Shown here: piece by piece, positions 58,949 through 64,000 of the stretch | Position numbering within the stretch: position 1 is the stretch's first letter | Layout: each line of letters opens with the position of its first letter | Origin: an uncultured SAR86 cluster bacterium | GTDB lineage: Bacteria > Pseudomonadota > Gammaproteobacteria > Magnimaribacterales > D2472 | Assembly: GCA_902513515.1 (NCBI GenBank) | Contig: CABXNE010000003.1 | Coordinates: 5,093 to 69,092 of the forward strand | Direction of reading: 5' to 3' | DNA: 64,000 bases | Notes under the pieces: model-generated | Seen by the model: the letters and a program-made list of their open reading frames with translations, nothing else | The model's database searches: none | Told to the model about the DNA's origin: nothing | Position numbers and translations under genes: made by a program

Positions 58949-60040
58949 TTATGAAGTTTCTTCAAGGTTAGAAAGCTGAGCTAATTGATTTTCAGTAACT
59001 AGCGCTTGGCAAATAGAAATCATATCGCCATCCATTACTTGGTCTAAATTGTGCTGGGTTAGTTTAATTCTATGATCAGTGATTCGTCCTTGAGGAAAAT
59101 TATAAGTTCTAATCTTTTCACTTCTGTCTCCAGTGCCTACAAGAATTTTTCTTTCGCTAGCAATTGTATTTTGCTGCTCATCAATTTCATTTTGCTTTAA
59201 TTTAGCAACTAATAACGCCATGGCTTTAGCCTTGTTCTTGTGCTGCGATCGATCATCCTGACACTCAACTACCACTCCTGTAGGAATATGAGTCAATCGG
59301 ACAGCTGAGTCCGTTTTATTAACATGCTGTCCACCAGCTCCTGATGCTCTGTATGTATCAACCCTTAATTCACTTTTATCTATCTCAACATCTTGAACTT
59401 CATCAACTTCTGGTAAAATCGCAACTGTAACAGTCGAAGTATGAATCCTGCCCTGAGATTCAGTCTCTGGAACTCTTTGAACACGATGAACTCCTGATTC
59501 AAATTTAAGAAATTTAAAAACTCCTTGGCCATTAATTTTAACAACAACCTCTTTTAAACCACTTGGCTCTGATGGTTTAGTATTAACTACTTCTAACTTC
59601 CAGCCTTGACGCTCAGATAGCCTAGAATACATTCTAAATAAATCTGCTGCGAATATTGCAGCTTCATCACCACCTGCTCCAGCTCTTATTTCAAGATATG
59701 CAGCTCCATCATCTGCTTCATCTTTTGGCAAAAGCATAAATTTAAGACTTTTCTCAAGTTCAGCGATCTTTTCTTGATTAGTGCTAACTTCAATCTTTGC
59801 AAGCTCTATCAACTCCGAATCGCCTGAATCTAAAAGCTCCTTTGCGCCATTTAACTCAGTCTCTGTATCCTGTAATGATTTGAATAAATCAACAATAGGG
59901 GTAATTTCTGAATACTCTTTATTTAATTGAGTAAAGTGTGCCATATCATCTGTTGCGCCCTCTTTTGCAAGGGTCTGGTGAATCTCAGTAGACCGCAATC
60001 TTAAGCTCTCTAATCTAGCAATAATGGATTCTTCAAGCAC
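58949..60040 (-). CDS. prfA: peptide chain release factor 1
   Basis: 363 aa. RF1-type tripeptide region RVPETESQGRIHTS, GGQ motif SGAGGQHVNKT. Confidence 0.97.
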   Translation of the reverse strand: MLEESIIARLESLRLRSTEIHQTLAKEGATDDMAHFTQLNKEYSEITPIVDLFKSLQDTETELNGAKELLDSGDSELIELAKIEVSTNQEKIAELEKSLKFMLLPKDEADDGAAYLEIRAGAGGDEAAIFAADLFRMYSRLSERQGWKLEVVNTKPSEPSGLKEVVVKINGQGVFKFLKFESGVHRVQRVPETESQGRIHTSTVTVAILPEVDEVQDVEIDKSELRVDTYRASGAGGQHVNKTDSAVRLTHIPTGVVVECQDDRSQHKNKAKAMALLVAKLKQNEIDEQQNTIASERKILVGTGDRSEKIRTYNFPQGRITDHRIKLTQHNLDQVMDGDMISICQALVTENQLAQLSNLEETS

Positions 60041-61247
60041 TTCTCATTTCCTTCAACATAGAAAAAATGGCGTGAGAATTTAAAGCTAAAATCTGATTTA
60101 ATTGCTCATTAGAAACGAGATCTATCTCTTGTAAGAGCTTATGTGGATCATCTGAGCTCAATAATTCTAAATAATCTTGCTCATTAAGAGATGAAGAAAT
60201 TATCTTAAGAGCTTCATAGACATCATTACGATATTGTTTTTTAATTCGATCACGACCAAAAACTTTAATTCGATCTTTGATTACCTGCTTTGCTTTTAAA
60301 GCTTCAACATATCGATCATCTAAATTTTCTTGAGTAACAAGCTCTATATCTTCTATTGTAAAAAGGTATGCATATTCTAAATCCCGAACTTGATCCTCAA
60401 CGTTTCTTGGGACACCTAAATCAATTAGTAGCATTGGTTTGTTTGCCCTCACTTTCATAGCATCTTCAATAAGCCCTTTTCCAATAATGGGCAATAGTGA
60501 ATTTACAGATGTAACTAGGATATCTGTTGTTTGAATAAGTGTGGCTAACTTTGATAAGTTATTTGTTACAAGACTAAATGAGTCATTGATTTCTATAAAC
60601 TTTTTAGATCTATTTAGTGCGTGAATATTCTTAATTCCATTGTCATAAAAATTTTCAATGACGCTCATTGCCATCTGACCAGCGCCAACTATTGTAAGTG
60701 TTTGATGCGTTGGATCTTCAAAAATCTCTTTAACAATTTTTAATGCAAGGCCTGAAACAGACAAAGGATTAAAACCAATCTTTGTCTCTGTTCTTGCTGC
60801 CTTTGCAATCGATAAAATTTCTTTACTAAAATCCTGAAGTTGGCCATACAACACTCCAAGCCTTGTATATGTTTGAAGTGATTTCTTGAATTGACCTAAA
60901 ATTTCCTGCTCTCCCAATACTTGAGAATCTAGCCCACTGGCAACGCAACACATGTGCTCAATGGCTGCTTCACCATCGAGAAAATATAAACCCTGCCTTA
61001 TAGAATCATTCCAACCTAAAAATTCGAGAGTTTTATGAGCGATAGAAATAGCTGTTCCAGGATCTCCATAAAAGTAAACTTCAGTTCTATTACATGTTGA
61101 AAGGGCATAAAAAGATTCTATAAAATCTCCAAATTCTCCCTTGAAAAAATTTATAAAGTCATCTTGATTAGAGTCATTTATAATAAATAATTCTCTCTCT
61201 GATAACTTAGAGGTCTTATGATTTATGCCAAATAGCTGTAATTCCAT
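60033..61247 (-). CDS. hemA: glutamyl-tRNA reductase
   Basis: 404 aa. LFGINHKT, active-site STCNRTE, NAD-binding IVGAGQMA. Confidence 0.95.
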   Translation of the reverse strand: MELQLFGINHKTSKLSERELFIINDSNQDDFINFFKGEFGDFIESFYALSTCNRTEVYFYGDPGTAISIAHKTLEFLGWNDSIRQGLYFLDGEAAIEHMCCVASGLDSQVLGEQEILGQFKKSLQTYTRLGVLYGQLQDFSKEILSIAKAARTETKIGFNPLSVSGLALKIVKEIFEDPTHQTLTIVGAGQMAMSVIENFYDNGIKNIHALNRSKKFIEINDSFSLVTNNLSKLATLIQTTDILVTSVNSLLPIIGKGLIEDAMKVRANKPMLLIDLGVPRNVEDQVRDLEYAYLFTIEDIELVTQENLDDRYVEALKAKQVIKDRIKVFGRDRIKKQYRNDVYEALKIISSSLNEQDYLELLSSDDPHKLLQEIDLVSNEQLNQILALNSHAIFSMLKEMRSA

Positions 61248-61716
61248 AACAAAAATTATCTTTGTGTGTTGCGTGGTATTTCTAACTGCATGTTCATCAC
61301 TATCTCAATCAACTATTTCAGAAAAAAGATACATAGGTAAATTTATCTTTACAGAAAATAACCAAGTATCTAGGTTCGTTGTTAGAATAAATGTATTTCC
61401 TAAAGAAATTATTATACAGGTTAGCAAGCCAATATTAGGCAATCTAATAAAGATAAAATTCAATCAGCAAGATGGTATGGGCTTTGATAAAGAAATTGAT
61501 GGAATGTATTTATCATTATTTAACAGTTTTAATACAAAAGAATATTTTTATTTTTTTAATTCCTGCTTTCATCACTTAAATGCTGATAAAAATGTATATA
61601 AGATAAGCAGAAATAATTTTGAATTAAAATGTCATTATCAAGGGCTAAATACTTTTTCACTGCATTTCGTAACAGAAGAAGGTTTATTGCTAAATGGGGC
61701 TTTGGAGCGTGAATAA
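61225..61716 (+). CDS. lolB: outer-membrane lipoprotein insertase LolB (short form)
   Basis: 163 aa. Lipobox VFLTAC. Divergent from hemA and upstream of ispE, exactly as in E. coli/Pseudomonas. Sequence similarity not verified. Confidence 0.6.
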   Translation: MPNSCNSITKIIFVCCVVFLTACSSLSQSTISEKRYIGKFIFTENNQVSRFVVRINVFPKEIIIQVSKPILGNLIKIKFNQQDGMGFDKEIDGMYLSLFNSFNTKEYFYFFNSCFHHLNADKNVYKISRNNFELKCHYQGLNTFSLHFVTEEGLLLNGALERE

Positions 61717-62539
61717 AATAAAGTTAAGTTGTCCAGCAAAGTTAAACTTAAATCTATCGGTTTTAAGTAAAAAAATTAATGGAATGCATGAAATAAATAC
61801 TCAATTCCAACTTATTGATTTGTTTGATGAGATGATAATTGAAAAAACAACATCAAAATATATAAATGTGCAGACAAATATTGGTCCCTCAATAGATGGG
61901 AAGAAAAATATAGTCTATAAAGCTATTAAAGAGCTATCAGATTATATTGGAGAAGAGATACATTGTGATATTACTATTAAAAAAAATATTCCTTTAGGTG
62001 GCGGCCTTGGAGGGGGTAGCTCAAATGCTGCTGGAGCATTAATTGGAATTAATTTTTTGTTTGAACTTGGTCTTTCATCTGGAGATTTAAAAAAAATTGG
62101 GAAAAAACTAGGCGCAGATGTTCCATTCTTTATTTTTGGAAAGAATGCTCGTGCATCAGGTGAAGGTGAAGTTTTGATTGAGGATCAAAATTTTTCTAAA
62201 AAGAAGTATCTATTATTATTTCCTCAGATCCATTCTTCTACTGAAAAATTGTTTTCACAATGGGATGAGTTAGATAAAGGTTCTCAAGAAAGAATTCTAA
62301 AAAATGAAGAAAACTCATTCTTGCCTTTATTTCTTCAAAATAATCAAGATGTAAAAAAAATTTTTAATGAATTGACTAAGCTCTCCTCTCTAAGACTATC
62401 TGGCACTGGTTCTACTATGTTTTATGCATACGAAGATAGATACAAAATTGAAAAAACTTTAAAAAAAATTCCGAGTAAATGGAGACACTCTTTTTGTGAA
62501 CCTTTACAATGTTCACCATTATTAACGTACTTAAAGTAA
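61694..62539 (+). CDS. ispE: 4-diphosphocytidyl-2-C-methyl-D-erythritol kinase
   Basis: 281 aa. CPAKLNLNL, GHMP-kinase motif PLGGGLGGGSSNAA. An alternative GTG start at 61709 would shorten the overlap with lolB from 23 nt to 8 nt. Confidence 0.93.
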   Translation: MGLWSVNKIKLSCPAKLNLNLSVLSKKINGMHEINTQFQLIDLFDEMIIEKTTSKYINVQTNIGPSIDGKKNIVYKAIKELSDYIGEEIHCDITIKKNIPLGGGLGGGSSNAAGALIGINFLFELGLSSGDLKKIGKKLGADVPFFIFGKNARASGEGEVLIEDQNFSKKKYLLLFPQIHSSTEKLFSQWDELDKGSQERILKNEENSFLPLFLQNNQDVKKIFNELTKLSSLRLSGTGSTMFYAYEDRYKIEKTLKKIPSKWRHSFCEPLQCSPLLTYLK

Positions 62540-62614
62540 TGGGGTGTAGCCAAGCGGTAAGGCAACGGGTTTTGATCCCGTCATGCGCTGGTTCGAATCC
62601 AGCCACCCCAGCCA
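62540..62614 (+). tRNA. tRNA-Gln (anticodon UUG), CCA encoded
   Basis: Cloverleaf read by eye: acceptor TGGGGTG/CACCCCA, anticodon stem ACGGG/CCCGT with loop TTTTGAT (anticodon TTG), T-arm GCTGG-TTCGAAT-CCAGC, 3' GCCA. ispE-tRNA-Gln-prs order as in Pseudomonas. Confidence 0.93.
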
Positions 62615-62626
62615 ATAGTAAAGAAA

Positions 62627-63586
62627 ATGATTAACAAACAAACAGTAGGAATTTTTTCTGGCTCAGCATCAACAGCTCTTTCTATAGAAGTTGCTAAAAT
62701 ACTTGGGCTAAAGCTAGGTGATATTGATCTTGGTAAGTTTTCTGACGGTGAGATAAAAGTAGAAATTCTTGAAAATGTCCGAGGCCATGAGACATATATC
62801 ATTCAATCAACATGTGCTCCAACAAACTCTAATTTAATGGAGTTAATGCTAATTACCGATGCTCTAAAGCGTTCTTCAGCATCTAGAATAACAGCCATCC
62901 TTCCCTATTATGGTTATGCTCGTCAAGATAGAAGAGTAAGGTCTGCAAGAGTTCCTATTAGCGCAAAAGTTATAGCAGATATGATGAATTCTGCTGGCGT
63001 AGATAGAGTGCTAACTGTAGACCTTCACTCAGAATCTATTCAAGGTTTTTTTGATATGCCTGCAGACAATGTTTATGCAACTAAGATTATGCATGATGAT
63101 ATTAAGTTAAGGGCTTCAAAAGATGAAAAAATATTGGTTGTTTCTCCAGATGTAGGTGGAGTAGTAAGAGCAAGAGCTCTAGCAAAATTCTTAGATGAGT
63201 CTGATCTTGCTATTATTGATAAAAGGCGAGCAACCGCAAACGAGTCTGAAGTAATGAATATAATTGGAGATGTTCAAGGAAAAAGTTGTATTGTCCCTGA
63301 TGATATTATTGATACGGCTGGAACATTATGTAACGCAGCTCAGGCCTTAAAGGATGCAGGAGCGTCGAAAGTAAAGGCTTATATTACACATCCAGTTCTA
63401 TCTGGGCCTGCTATTGAAAGGATTTCTGATTCTTCAATAGATGAATTAGTTGTTACCAATTCCATTTCTTTATCCCCAGAAGCAGAAAAATGCAGTAAAA
63501 TACGCGTCATTTCTCTTGCCCCTACTATTGCAGAGTGCATCAGAAGATTAAACAATGAAGAGTCGCTAAGCGCTCTATTTTTATAA
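62627..63586 (+). CDS. prs: ribose-phosphate pyrophosphokinase
   Basis: 319 aa. YARQDRR, PRPP-binding loop DDIIDTAGT. Confidence 0.97.
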   Translation: MINKQTVGIFSGSASTALSIEVAKILGLKLGDIDLGKFSDGEIKVEILENVRGHETYIIQSTCAPTNSNLMELMLITDALKRSSASRITAILPYYGYARQDRRVRSARVPISAKVIADMMNSAGVDRVLTVDLHSESIQGFFDMPADNVYATKIMHDDIKLRASKDEKILVVSPDVGGVVRARALAKFLDESDLAIIDKRRATANESEVMNIIGDVQGKSCIVPDDIIDTAGTLCNAAQALKDAGASKVKAYITHPVLSGPAIERISDSSIDELVVTNSISLSPEAEKCSKIRVISLAPTIAECIRRLNNEESLSALFL

Positions 63587-63611
63587 AAAGTTAAGTTATA
63601 AGGTACGACAT

Positions 63612-64000
63612 ATGTCAAACGAAATTATATTAAATGCAGATCTAAGAGTTAGAACTGGAACTAACAAAACTCGAGAAATTAGACGGGAAGACTCTATGGT
63701 TCCTGCAATTATCTATGGCAATGAAGAAGAATCAAAAAATATTAAGTTAAAGCTTAATGAGCTTACAAAAGCCTCGGAGAATGAGCTATTTTATACTCAG
63801 ATTCTAAAAATTGTACTTGAAGGTAATGAAGAGAAAGTTGTTCTTAAGGAACTCCAGAGAGAGCCCGTAAAAGGTAAATTCCTTCATGCAGACTTTCAGA
63901 GAGTCTCTAGAAAAACTAAACTTAAAGTTGTTGTTCCATTTAGATTTAACGGTGAAGAAGAATGCGAGGGTGTTAAAACAGATGGCGGCGTTCTGGCTAA
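63612..64000 (+). CDS. rplY: 50S ribosomal protein L25 / general stress protein Ctc, N-terminal part (runs off right edge)
   Basis: Not in ORF track because truncated. My translation from the ATG at 63612 gives MSNEIILNADLRVRTGTNKTREIRREDSMVPAIIYGNEEE...VLKELQREPVKGKFLHADFQRV, the L25/Ctc N-domain. Follows prs as in Pseudomonas. Confidence 0.88.
   Translation, partial: MSNEIILNADLRVRTGTNKTREIRREDSMVPAIIYGNEEESKNIKLKLNELTKASENELFYTQILKIVLEGNEEKVVLKELQREPVKGKFLHADFQRVSRKTKLKVVVPFRFNGEEECEGVKTDGGVLA

Noticed and set aside
59440-59480. RF1 stop-codon recognition tripeptide reads PET (RVPETESQGRIHTS) instead of E. coli PAT
   Set aside because: The motif is defined as PxT with a variable middle residue, and the flanking residues are fully conserved. 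There is no sign of stop-codon reassignment, since all ORFs in the window terminate normally with TAA/TAG/TGA.
62415-62802. Minus-strand ORFs 62415..62615 and 62581..62802
   Set aside because: They overlap the tRNA-Gln gene and the ispE and prs coding regions antisense. They have no motifs, so they are spurious.

Overview
Visibly AT-rich, very gene-dense bacterial chromosome segment: about 70 genes in 64 kb, with many 1-10 nt overlaps (GC not computed). Gene content and order are gammaproteobacterial. As far as I recall it, they follow the Pseudomonas-type backbone: eno-kdsA-pyrG; alr-dnaB-rplI-rpsR-rpsF; a complete dcw division/cell-wall cluster; rnpB; rsmI/lpoA; sspA-petCBA-rpsI-rplM; zapE/degS; murA-ibaG-mlaC / kdsD-lptA-lptB-rpoN; yhdP-mreDCB / gatCAB; prmC-prfA-hemA / lolB-ispE-tRNA-Gln-prs-rplY. 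This looks like core housekeeping DNA of a streamlined, probably free-living marine-type genome. I see no transposase, integrase, phage, CRISPR, toxin-antitoxin or recognisable defence genes, so I cannot point to a clear-cut novel system. Six observations deserve a second look. (1) ftsZ has moved from the end of the dcw cluster to the slot right after mraZ. (2) A compact three-operon lipid / sulfate-ester cluster lies at 50.8-58.0 kb (alkylsulfatase-like MBL, Zn-ADH, fatty-acid-hydroxylase-family protein, SDR, sulfotransferase, MaoC, acyl-CoA synthetase). (3) An uncharacterised di-iron (2x DEARH) protein is translationally coupled to alr. (4) Envelope-lipid loci are reduced: mlaC lacks mlaFEDB, a single mini LptA lacks kdsC/lptC, and yhdP is fused to the mreBCD operon. 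(5) An orphan lipoprotein gene is followed by a three-segment alternative-pairing element. (6) Several divergent gene pairs have no room for promoters, including a 23-bp head-to-head overlap of hemA and lolB. All functional calls rest on motifs I can read in the translations plus synteny; no database search was run.
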